DNA of 32,000 bases from Nostoc punctiforme PCC 73102. Its GTDB lineage: Bacteria; Cyanobacteriota; Cyanobacteriia; Cyanobacteriales; Nostocaceae. The notes beneath the pieces are model-generated. The model was not told the DNA's origin and ran no database searches. It saw only the letters and a list, made by a program, of their open reading frames with translations. Shown piece after piece: positions 16,917 through 26,200 of the stretch. Made by a program: the position numbers and the translations under genes. The stretch covers positions 3,990,001 through 4,022,000 of the forward strand of contig NC_010628.1 of assembly GCF_000020025.1 (NCBI RefSeq), given 5' to 3'. Position 1 is the first letter of the stretch. Every line of letters begins with the position of its first letter.

Positions 16917-18374
16917 ATGCAAATTCACTTACTCGGTCATGCTTCTCTATTTGTTGAAACCCAGGATTGCAAAATTCTCATGGATCCAATTCTCTGGGAT
17001 TCTCATTGCGAAGGAATAGAAGATATTTACCCCAAACGTCAAATCCTTCACGACCAGATTCCTGAATTCGATATCCTGGTTATTTCTCACCAGCATACAG
17101 ATCATTTTGATATTCGCTCTTTAGCTAGTCTACCCAAATATGTAGATGTTTTGATTCCTAAGGATAAATTCCTAGAAACTTGTCTACGCAAATTAGGCTA
17201 CCGTCACATTTACCTCCTCAAGGATTTCAATGAAGTCCGAATTGGATCGACTCGTTTAGTTGCGACTCGTTCAGAGAATCGTGTTCCTGAATATGGGATG
17301 ATTTTTGCCGATTCTGATGGGGTGTTCTGGAATCAAGTTGATTCGGCTGTTAATACTCAAACGATTAGCGAAGTAAAGTCTCGTTATGCCCATATAGACT
17401 TTCTTTTAGCTGGCTGGCAACCTATGCTAGAAACTCAATATCAACACAATCAAAATACCTGTTTCCCCTACGCCAATTATAGCCATCTGCTCAAACTTAT
17501 CGGTTTAATTGCACCAAAAACTATTGCTCCAGGTGCCAATGGATTCAAATTCATCAACGGCTCTTCTTGGCTAAATCAGATCGTCTTTCCTGTGACGCGA
17601 GAGCAATTCTGTCATGATGTGCAACAGGCATATCCGACGATTCAAGATCGGATATTTAGCTTCGATCCGGGCGATGTTATCACCTTGAACAATGGTGAAG
17701 TTAGCCATTCACCACAAAAATCAACCTTTGTGAAAAAGCTAGCCGATGATAGCGATAGCTTGTACTTCTCACCCGTCAATACAGACAGCAAACTCATTGA
17801 CGACAATCCAGAGGATTATGACATTGAACAGATGAAAAGTGTGATTGAGGAAGAAATATGCGTTCACCTGACCAAATTCTTCAATGACAAGAAAGATTCT
17901 TTATTGATGGACTATCACTACTGGAAAGCCATTTATCAGCTAGAAGTCGTTTTTCCCGACTGCTCTGAGGTTTGGTATTTCGATTTCAGCGAACATTCGA
18001 TCCAATGCCAAAAGGGGAAAAATTCCTTGGCCAACGTCTTTAGCTCTATCGCTGCTTCCAGCTTCTATGGACTATTGAAAGGTATGAAGGGGTGGGATTG
18101 GGCCAACATGGGTGGCTACTATCGTTGTTTTCATAAAGTCTATCAAGCTACCCCTTATGGGATTATCAAGCCACTCGACGGTTCCAACGAGATAGTTCCA
18201 GACCCCCTGAGCCTGAAATTTCCCTACAAGGAAGTCTATGAGCAAATTCGCTTTTATGAAATTGAAAAATGGGGCCAAGTAAATGATGAGCAAACCACCG
18301 ACAAAATTAGTCAAAATCCGATGGTTCTTATTGGTAATACTCTAATTAAACCTCAGCATAAAGAAATAGAATAA
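16917..18374 (+). CDS. MBL-fold metallo-hydrolase (paralog 2)
   Basis: 485 aa. 'MQIHLLGHASLFVETQDCKILMDP' and 'ISHQHTDHF'. It is collinear with paralog 1 along its whole length. Confidence 0.75.
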   Translation: MQIHLLGHASLFVETQDCKILMDPILWDSHCEGIEDIYPKRQILHDQIPEFDILVISHQHTDHFDIRSLASLPKYVDVLIPKDKFLETCLRKLGYRHIYLLKDFNEVRIGSTRLVATRSENRVPEYGMIFADSDGVFWNQVDSAVNTQTISEVKSRYAHIDFLLAGWQPMLETQYQHNQNTCFPYANYSHLLKLIGLIAPKTIAPGANGFKFINGSSWLNQIVFPVTREQFCHDVQQAYPTIQDRIFSFDPGDVITLNNGEVSHSPQKSTFVKKLADDSDSLYFSPVNTDSKLIDDNPEDYDIEQMKSVIEEEICVHLTKFFNDKKDSLLMDYHYWKAIYQLEVVFPDCSEVWYFDFSEHSIQCQKGKNSLANVFSSIAASSFYGLLKGMKGWDWANMGGYYRCFHKVYQATPYGIIKPLDGSNEIVPDPLSLKFPYKEVYEQIRFYEIEKWGQVNDEQTTDKISQNPMVLIGNTLIKPQHKEIE

Positions 18375-18428
18375 AATGCAAATCAAGACAAAAATATTCA
18401 AACAATAGAAGTTAAAGAAACGCTAGAG

Positions 18429-19646
18429 GGGTGCATCCCAGTTTTTATTATTCCAAAACAAATAAATAACAGGGAAGGATTGTTACAGAAAACGGAAGTC
18501 AGGAAGTAAGGGGATATCAGGAAGGGATAATAAAGTCATCAAGACTAGGTGTATCAATGACTCCTGAAGAAGAACAACAGATAAAAGAATATTCTCGTGC
18601 AATAGCAAAGATACTGTACAAAAGTACTACGGGTGAGCAACTCACAAGTTTGGCAAAAATAGAAGAAGTAGTACGCTCTCAAATGCGGAAGCATGTAATG
18701 CCAGAAGTAGGGTTTTTTTATCGAAAATGCCACAGGAGAAAGCAGAGGATACAAACGAAAAATAAAAAGTATTATTGGAGAACTGCCAATTACAAACTCT
18801 CAAGCACAAAAGCTAGAAATTAGACCCCATAATCAATTGAGTCCATATTTAGAAGCTTGTTGCTTACGAATCAGCGCGTCGGTATCGTATCAACGTGCGG
18901 CAGAAGATATTGAATATTTAACTGGTGTAGAAGTATCAAAAAGTGTGCAGCAACGATTAGTGCATCGTCAAAATTTTGAATTACCGCAAGTAGAATCAAC
19001 TGTGGAAGAATTGAGTGTGGATGGAGGAAATATACGCATTCGTACAATCAAGGGACAAGTCTGTGATTGGAAGGGTTATAAAGCTACCTGCTTACATGAA
19101 AAACAAGCTATTGCTGCCTCATTTCAAGAAAATAGTCTTGTAATTGATTGGGTCAAAAGCCAATCAATTGCTCCTATCTTGACCTGTCTTGGCGATGGCC
19201 ATGACGGTATTTGGAATATTGTCCGCGATTTTGCTCCCGAACACCAGCGTCGGGAAGTACTTGATTGGTTTCATCTGATGGAAAACCTACACAAGATTGG
19301 CGGTTCTAATCAACGGCTCAATCAGGCTAAAATCCTTCTCTGGCAAGGAAAAGTTGATGATGCTATCGCTGTCTTTGCTGACTGTCAGCTAAAACAAGCT
19401 TTTAATTTCTGTACTTATCTTGAGAAACATCGACACCGGATTGTCAATTACCAATATTATCAAGCAGAACAAATCTGTTCCATTGGTTCTGGTGCTATTG
19501 AGTCTACTGTCAAACAGATTGACCGTCGAACCAAAATTTCTGGCGCACAATGGAAATCTGATAACGTTCCTCAAGTCTTAGCTCAACGCCAGAGCTTATC
19601 TCAATGGATTAATCTTTGCTCACTAAATAAAAACTGGGATGCTCCC
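18429..19646 (+). mobile_element. Insertion sequence, 1218 bp, ISKra4-like (family assigned from memory)
   Basis: Terminal inverted repeats: 'gggtgcatcccagtttttatt' (18429-18449) against 'aataaaaactgggatgctccc' (19626-19646), 20/21 complementary. Flanked by a perfect 9-bp direct repeat ACGCTAGAG at 18420-18428 and 19647-19655. Confidence 0.8.
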
Positions 19647-19667
19647 ACGCTAGAGTTTGTCAAATGA
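18557..19667 (+). pseudogene. Transposase split by a +1 frameshift in a T7 run
   Basis: ORF 18557..18823 and ORF 18837..19667 join into a single 369-aa frame if one T is removed from tttttttt-run 18713-18719. The junction then reads ...VGFF|IENATGESRGYKRKIKSIIGELPITNSQAQKLEIRPHNQLSPYLEACCLRIS... A DDE-like region 'CLGDGHDGIWN ... DWFHLMENLHK' is present. Confidence 0.7.
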
Positions 19668-19918
19668 ACAAAGCATAAGCAGAGAAAATGCTCAGGATTT
19701 ACTAAACAGAATATATGCGTCAGTCGCCAGAAAACAGACATGAATTTTGAACGAAAAAGCGGATGGCGCAGCGTAAAGCCTACGGCATAGCTACGCTTAG
19801 AGCGAGTCCGTGAGCGTCTTGTATTCTGACTCCTGTTAGCGGATAGCTAAGGTTTAGCCCATTCTGACTTCTGAATTCTTTTTCAATAATGGTAATTAAT
19901 TACTAAAATTTTACAGCA

Positions 19919-20542
19919 ATGCAAATAATTCAGACTCCATATTACTCTTTGAGAGCGAAAAGCTTCAATCCTGACTACCTTAAGCTACTACAAATGGAAA
20001 TACTTTCTTCTCCGTACTTAGCAGAGAGTCAATTAAGCAATGATTTTGCAGGCACTAAAGGCTTTTCAATTGTTTTTCAAGGCTCCGAAGTTAATCAAGT
20101 CAAAGAACACTTTCCTTTCCTACAATCTTATTTAGATACTGTTTTATTACCTACATGTAATGCTTTTTATCTCAACCCTCTAATCATACAAAGAGGAGGA
20201 GGTATAAAGCCGCACGTCGATTCTAGTATTTCTGGATATTGTAAACCTAATACTATCCCAAAATTTGTTAGCGTTCTCTATATTCGAGTGCCATCTGATA
20301 TGAAAGGAGGAGAATTAGTTCTGCTCAAAGAAGGAGTCACAGTAGGCGAAATCCAACCTCAAGCGAATACACTGCTGTATTTTCAAGGCTACATGAAACA
20401 TTCAGTTAATAAAGTAGAAGCTTCCCAGGATAGAATTAGTCTGGTTTGTGAGCAATATATTTTAGACGAAACTCTACTTCAGAAAATACCAAAGTTTAAA
20501 ATAGAATCTGGAGCCTATAGGGAAATTTCACCGTTGGAGTAA
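19919..20542 (+). CDS. 2-oxoglutarate/Fe(II)-dependent oxygenase (prolyl-4-hydroxylase-like fold)
   Basis: 207 aa. Facial triad 'KPHVDSS' (H-x-D) plus 'YMKHSV', with a 2OG-binding Arg in 'DRISLV'. Confidence 0.7.
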   Translation: MQIIQTPYYSLRAKSFNPDYLKLLQMEILSSPYLAESQLSNDFAGTKGFSIVFQGSEVNQVKEHFPFLQSYLDTVLLPTCNAFYLNPLIIQRGGGIKPHVDSSISGYCKPNTIPKFVSVLYIRVPSDMKGGELVLLKEGVTVGEIQPQANTLLYFQGYMKHSVNKVEASQDRISLVCEQYILDETLLQKIPKFKIESGAYREISPLE

Positions 20543-20613
20543 AAAGCAAATATGGTTCTTCCGATGAATTATTATAAGTAATTTATCGGAAATAATATTA
20601 CTATGTTTAATCT

Positions 20614-20650
20614 AAAATAGAGATGTTCGAGCGAACATCTCTATTTTTTT
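20614..20650 (+). terminator. Rho-independent terminator after the oxygenase gene
   Basis: 'atagagatgttcg ag cgaacatctctat' forms a ~12-bp perfect stem followed by T7. Confidence 0.65.
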
Positions 20651-20690
20651 AAGTAAAAATCTATCAAATCTGTTTAAATTCAAAAAAAAT

Positions 20691-20757
20691 ACTGTAAAAC
20701 ATACACAAAACTATAGGACAAACCAGATTTAATTCCTATTATATAAATAACAGGTTC
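20691..20757 (+). promoter_or_regulatory. Conserved upstream boxes of Nif11 cassette 1
   Basis: Box 1 is 'ctgtaaaacatacacaaaa'. Box 2 is 'cctattatataaa', with TATAAA at 20752-20757. Both boxes recur upstream of the other two precursor genes. Confidence 0.3.
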
Positions 20758-20814
20758 TTGAGAAAAAACCCGTCTAATAATTACCAGTCAATCCAAGTAT
20801 CTAGGAGTAAAATC

Positions 20815-21102
20815 ATGTCGAAAGAAGCAGTCATCAAACTAATCGAAGTCGCTGAAAGCAACCCAACTTTGCTTAAGCAACTCCATAACGCTCAAGGGCC
20901 AGAAACAGTATTGGCAATTGGTGCAGAAAGAGGTTTTCAATTTAGCGAAGCAGAACTAATAGCAGTGATGCAAGAAAAGCAACTTTCTTTTGCCTCTCAA
21001 GAATTGTCCGAAGAACAGTTAGAAGCTATAGTAGGCGGTAAGGGAAAGAAAACTACTAATAACGATTACAGCAAGAATATTCAGTATGGAATTCAGCCAT
21101 AA
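20815..21102 (+). CDS. Nif11-leader RiPP precursor. Core: KGKKTTNNDYSKNIQYGIQP
   Basis: Leader 'MSKEAVIKLIEVAESNPTLLKQLHNAQGPETVLAIGAERGFQFSEAELIAVMQEK...ELSEEQLEAIVGG'. I moved the start to ATG 20815 because 'ctaggagtaaaatcATG' is identical in all three cassettes. Confidence 0.85.
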   Translation: MSKEAVIKLIEVAESNPTLLKQLHNAQGPETVLAIGAERGFQFSEAELIAVMQEKQLSFASQELSEEQLEAIVGGKGKKTTNNDYSKNIQYGIQP

Positions 21103-21224
21103 CGTAATTATCTTTTAAGATAATTTCATCCATAACTACACTTTATCAAGAAAAGAGATGTTTAAATTAATGTCTCTTTTTTATTTTATATTCTCGGATT
21201 AAACTTATATAAACTAAAAAAACG

Positions 21225-21280
21225 CTGTAAATCATACACAAAAAACTATCATTAACTCATGAAAAATCCTATTGTATAAA
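21225..21280 (+). promoter_or_regulatory. Conserved upstream boxes of Nif11 cassette 2
   Basis: Box 1 is 'ctgtaaatcatacacaaaa'. Box 2 is 'cctattgtataaa', with TATAAA at 21275-21280. Confidence 0.3.
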
Positions 21281-21327
21281 CATCAGTTTTTCCAAGAAAA
21301 CAATTTCATCATTCTAGGAGTAAAATC

Positions 21328-21615
21328 ATGTCAAAAGAATCAGTCATCAAACTAATCGAAGCCGCTGAAAGCAACCCAACTTTGCTTAAGCAACTCCATA
21401 ACGCTCAAGGGCCAGAGACAGTGTTGGCAATCGGTGCAGAAAGAGGTTTTCAATTTAGTGAAGCAGAACTAGTAGCTGTTATGCAAGAAAAGCAACTTTC
21501 TTTTGCCTCTCAAGAGTTGTCTCAAGAACAGTTAGAAGCTGTAGTTGGTGGTAAAGGAAAGAAGACTACTAATAACGATTACAGCAAGAATATTCAGTAT
21601 GGACTTCAACCATAA
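21328..21615 (+). CDS. Nif11-leader RiPP precursor. Core: KGKKTTNNDYSKNIQYGLQP
   Basis: 95 aa. It is a near-duplicate of cassette 1, and the cores differ only by I to L. Confidence 0.85.
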   Translation: MSKESVIKLIEAAESNPTLLKQLHNAQGPETVLAIGAERGFQFSEAELVAVMQEKQLSFASQELSQEQLEAVVGGKGKKTTNNDYSKNIQYGLQP

Positions 21616-21663
21616 CGTAATTATCTTTTAAGATAACTACATCCATAACTACACTTGATAAAT

Positions 21664-21697
21664 AAAAGAGATGTTTAAGTTAGCATCTCTTTTTTTA
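21664..21697 (+). terminator. Rho-independent terminator after Nif11 gene 2
   Basis: 'aaaagagatg tttaagttag catctctttt' forms a 10-bp stem followed by a T-run. A weaker version lies at about 21151-21187, after gene 1. Confidence 0.55.
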
Positions 21698-21745
21698 TAT
21701 CAAATTTCAGGATAAAAACAAAATTTTTGGAGATTAAAAATAACA

Positions 21746-21801
21746 CTGTAACTCATACACAAAAAGGTGTTATTTACTTATTAAAATTACTATTGTATAA
21801 A
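21746..21801 (+). promoter_or_regulatory. Conserved upstream boxes of Nif11 cassette 3
   Basis: Box 1 is 'ctgtaactcatacacaaaa'. Box 2 is 'ctattgtataaa', with TATAAA at 21796-21801. Confidence 0.3.
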
Positions 21802-21849
21802 CATGAATTCTTCCAGGAAAAACAATTCCATAATTCTAGGAGTAAAATC

Positions 21850-22143
21850 ATGTCAAGAGAATCAGTCATCAAACTAATTGAATCTGCCGAAAATGACCAA
21901 AACTTGCTTAAGCAACTCTATAGCGCTCAAGGGCCAGAAAGTATCTTAGCTATTGCATCTACAAGAGGCTATAAATTTAGCGAAGAAGAACTATTGTCTG
22001 TCATGCAGGAGAGACAGCTTTCTTTTAGCACTGATGTGTTGTCTGGTGAAGAACTAGAGGCTATAGCTGGTGGTAAAGGTGATGTTAAAGCTACATATAA
22101 TGATGCTAGCAAGACTTTGTATTTTCCACAAAAGAAAAAGTAG
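21850..22143 (+). CDS. Nif11-leader RiPP precursor. Core: KGDVKATYNDASKTLYFPQKKK
   Basis: Leader 'MSRESVIKLIESAENDQNLLKQLYSAQGPESILAIASTRGYKFSEEELLSVMQER...LSGEELEAIAGG'. I moved the start to ATG 21850, behind the conserved RBS. Confidence 0.8.
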   Translation: MSRESVIKLIESAENDQNLLKQLYSAQGPESILAIASTRGYKFSEEELLSVMQERQLSFSTDVLSGEELEAIAGGKGDVKATYNDASKTLYFPQKKK

Positions 22144-22286
22144 ATTTAAACCATAAGGTTTGTGTTTTAGACGAGAGTTTCAATGGAGCGGCGACTTTTG
22201 TAAATTTAAGACCGAATTTTTGTCGCTCCAGCAACTAAAAATGTAATTTTTAGCTCAAACTCTACAATATAGGATAGGAAATCAGT

Positions 22287-23174
22287 GTGTATACCATAGC
22301 CCGTCTTCACAATTTTGGCTGTGCATTTCTTTATAGTCCCCTGACTTATCCTCTTTATCGTTCTTGGTTGCGAACTCTAACCATAAAGGGAAATATAATA
22401 GCCATTGGTGCATCTGTTGCGGACAAGCCTGTTGGTTTAGCTTTAGCTGAGATATTAAGAGATGGTTCGGCAAAGTTGCTTTCTATTTTTGTGGATCCAA
22501 ACTCTCGATGCTTGGGAATTGGCACAGCTTTAGTGCATAGCTTAGAAGAGGAGCTAATTTTAAGAAATTGCACGAGTATTGAAATAGTTTATATAGCTGG
22601 TAAATCGACTAGTCTAGCATTAGAATGTCTGCTTAAAAAGTGTAATTGGCCATCTGCAAAACCTCGGATGCTAATTTGTAAGACAACGACAAATGATATG
22701 ACTAATGCACCTTGGATGAAGTTATCCAGAATGCCTGCTGCTTATGAAATTTTCCCTTGGATGGAAATTACTTTCCAAGAGCGCGTCGCCCTGAAAAAGC
22801 AACAAGAAGAAAAGCGGTGGATGGCATCTGATGCAATTCCTTTTGATTACGAACAGGATTTAGAACCTATCAATAGTATAGGATTGCGCTACAAAGGAGA
22901 GGTTGTTGGTTGGCTTATTACTCATCGTACTGCTCCTGACACTATCCGTTATACGTGTAGCTATGTCCGACCTGATATTCAAAAAATGGGTCGAATTATT
23001 CCTTTATATATCAGAGCGACTCAACTTCAGATGGAAGCTGGAATTAGTAGAGGAACTTGGACTGTTTCTCTTATGCATACCTCTATGATTGCTTTTGTGA
23101 AAAAGCACATGGGGCCATACTTGATATCTCTTGAACAGTCTATGGAATCATCTAAATTATTAAGTCATTTATAA
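22287..23174 (+). CDS. GNAT-superfamily acyltransferase, apparently with two GNAT-like halves
   Basis: 295 aa with a GTG start. Acyl-CoA motif A (R-x-x-G-x-G) occurs in 'LLSIFVDPNSRCLGIGTALVHSLEEEL'. A second GNAT-like half lies around 'GEVVGWLITHRTAPDTIRYTCSYVRPDIQKMGRIIPLY'. Confidence 0.65.
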   Translation: MYTIARLHNFGCAFLYSPLTYPLYRSWLRTLTIKGNIIAIGASVADKPVGLALAEILRDGSAKLLSIFVDPNSRCLGIGTALVHSLEEELILRNCTSIEIVYIAGKSTSLALECLLKKCNWPSAKPRMLICKTTTNDMTNAPWMKLSRMPAAYEIFPWMEITFQERVALKKQQEEKRWMASDAIPFDYEQDLEPINSIGLRYKGEVVGWLITHRTAPDTIRYTCSYVRPDIQKMGRIIPLYIRATQLQMEAGISRGTWTVSLMHTSMIAFVKKHMGPYLISLEQSMESSKLLSHL

Positions 23175-23271
23175 AGTAAAAGTTGATGGATAACTCCAAT
23201 TAATTGGTTGTGATCGCTAGTTTCATAAAGATGTTCACCAACTATTTCGAGGAAGACTGAAAAGGTTTTAA

Positions 23272-26200
23272 ATGGATACTAAATATCGTTGGTCAAACAC
23301 ACAAAATAATACCAAAATCGTCAATTCCATCAATGCTAAATTTGATGAATTTGGTAGTAAACAAATACCACAACGTCTACATTACTTTTTTGAAAATCGA
23401 TGTGATATCGACGCTAATGCTCTTGCTATTGTCTGTGAAACAGAAAGCCTTAGCTATGCTGAACTTGATGCACGAGCTAACCAATTAGCCAACTACTTCG
23501 TGCATAAAGGTATCAGCCAAGGTGACAGAGTTGGTATTCTACTCGAACGCTCAGTTAACACCTATATAACTCTGCTGGCTATACTCAAGAGTGGTGCTGC
23601 TTTTGTACCTTTAGATTCGTCTTTTCCTCAAGATAGAATCGCCTTCATTGCTGAAAATGCATCCCTGAATTTGCTCGTTAGTAGCACAAAATTAAGTGAG
23701 CTAACTGTGGGAGTTTCCTGTCTGGTTTTGATGCTGGACACTGTAGCAACAGATGTTGCAGCCCAGGCAAAGACGCGGATTGAACTTTCAGATTTAGAAG
23801 ATGAACTTTGTTACATTATCTACACTTCTGGTTCGACTGGTCGCCCCAAGGGTGTTGCTGTTAACCATTCAAATATATGCAGCTTTATCACTATATGTAC
23901 GCCGATTTATGGTGTTAAGAGTTGGGATCGAGTTTATCAAGGCATAATTATCGCCTTTGATTTCTCTTTCGAAGAGATTTGGCCGACCTTGGCTGTTGGA
24001 GCAACGATTATTGTCGGGCCAACAGATCATCGAAAAATAGGTTTAGACCTTGCTGATTTTCTGATTGAGCAGAAAGTGACAATGCTTTACTGTGTCCCTA
24101 CGCTACTGGCTACAGTAGATAAGGATATACCTGCAATACATACCTTGATAGTTGGTGGTGAAGCCTGTTCCCAGGATTTAGTCAAGCGTTGGAGTCATTC
24201 TGGTCGGCGGATGCTCAATACTTATGGGCCAACAGAGACGACGATTACTGCTCTCTGGACTGAGCTAGTACCAGACAAAGCGGTGACTATTGGTAAACCA
24301 TTACCGGATTACAGCGTTTATATTTTAGATGAGCATCTGCAAGAAGTACCACTAGGTGAGATTGGGGAAATCTGCATAGGTGGAATTGGTGTCACCCAAG
24401 GTTATGTTAATCTTCCAGAACAAACTGCTTCTAAGTTTGTTACAAATCCCTTTGAGCAAAGTCATAAGGGAGAAAAAATATATCGTAGTGGCGATCTCGG
24501 TCGGGTAACACCGGACGGCGAAATAGAATTTCTGGGCCGGATCGATCATCAAGTAAAGATACGCGGTTATCGGCTTGAACTTACAGAAATTGAGGCGATT
24601 TTACTAGAGAATCAGGAAATTGAGAATGCTATTGTTTCACTTGTATCTATTAATGATGCAGTCAAAGAATTAGCAGCTTATATTACATTACATATTCCTG
24701 TTACTGACCCCGAAGCTCTGAAATATAGCCTGTATACATCATTAAGTAGCCGTTTGCCTAGTTACATGGTGCCAGCATTCATTGATATTTTGGATGCCAT
24801 TCCCACGCTACCAAATGGAAAAGCAGATCGTTCTAAGCTACCTACACCAATTACTACACGGCTCAAGCAAAATTCTGGTAATTATGTACCGCCAGCTACA
24901 GAACTTGAGCAAGAACTAGCTAATACTTGGGGTCATATTTTCGGGAACAACAATATCTCAGTTGAGGAAGACTTCTTTGAGGATCTTGGTGGTCATTCGT
25001 TATTTGCGGCTCGAACCATCTCTAATTTAAGACTCAACCCAATATTGCAGTCCCTTTCTATTGCTGATTTGTACTCCCATACAACTATCCGGGCTTTAGC
25101 GAACCACATCAAGGGTATTCAGCAACAGCAAAGTAAGCCAATTTCTCAGATATATACCAAGTCACATCGGACACTGCGACATCATAGCAACCTACGGGTG
25201 TGGTTCTACGGAGGTATACAGACATTATTGCTCTATCTGCTGTTTGCTATTCTTGGAGTTCCATTGATATTGGTGTTAGCAAATACTCATAGCTGGTCAT
25301 CACCACTCCAGATTTGTACTAGAGCTATTCTGGTTTCAGCTAGTTGGTTATTGATTACCTTAATGCTGCCAATAATAGCGAAATGGCTGCTTATCGGTCG
25401 GTTCCGCCCTGGTCGTTATCCATTGTGGGGTTGGTATTATTGCCGTTGGTGGTTGGTAAGAAAGATTATAGAACTAGCACCACTCAATTATTTGGCAGGT
25501 TCGCCCTTAATGCCTTTTTATATGCGGTTGCTGGGCGCACGCATTGGTAAAGGATGTCACATTGGGACTAAAGACTTACATCTACCTGATTTGATTGCGA
25601 TCGCAGACGAAGTGAGCATCGGCTACAGTGTTCAAATACAACCTTTTATTATTGAGGATGGTTGGCTGTATCAATCACCTATCCAAATTGGTGCTAATAC
25701 CTTTATCGATACTAACTCAGTAGTCATGCTTGGTAGTAGTGTTGGTCAGGGAGTGCAGCTAGCTGAACAGTCTTTGGTGGCGGAAGATCAAACAATTCCA
25801 GATTATCAGACTTGGGCGGGGTCGCCTTCTGCACGCACCAGTGATGTCGATCCGATTGTTACCGAAATTAGCGATCGCAAAACACCTTCTCTCAAGTGGT
25901 CGCCAGTATTGTGGCTAGGTTTTGTGGCTGGACTTGTTCTGCTTGAGACTTTGCCGTTGATGATTTTTACTCCAGGCTTAGTATTTGAGTACTTTGTATC
26001 CCAAGGGGAACTGCTCAAAGAACTTGTATATACACCGATTGCAGGTCTGTTGTATACACTTACCGCCTGTACGTTAGTCGCCCTTGGTAAGTGGTTAGTT
26101 ATGCCAACTACCCGCCCCGGAATTTTTCCTGAGCAATCTGGTTTTGGTTTGCGTAAGTGGCTGGCTGACAAGCTAATATTTACCAGTTTAGCAGTGACTA

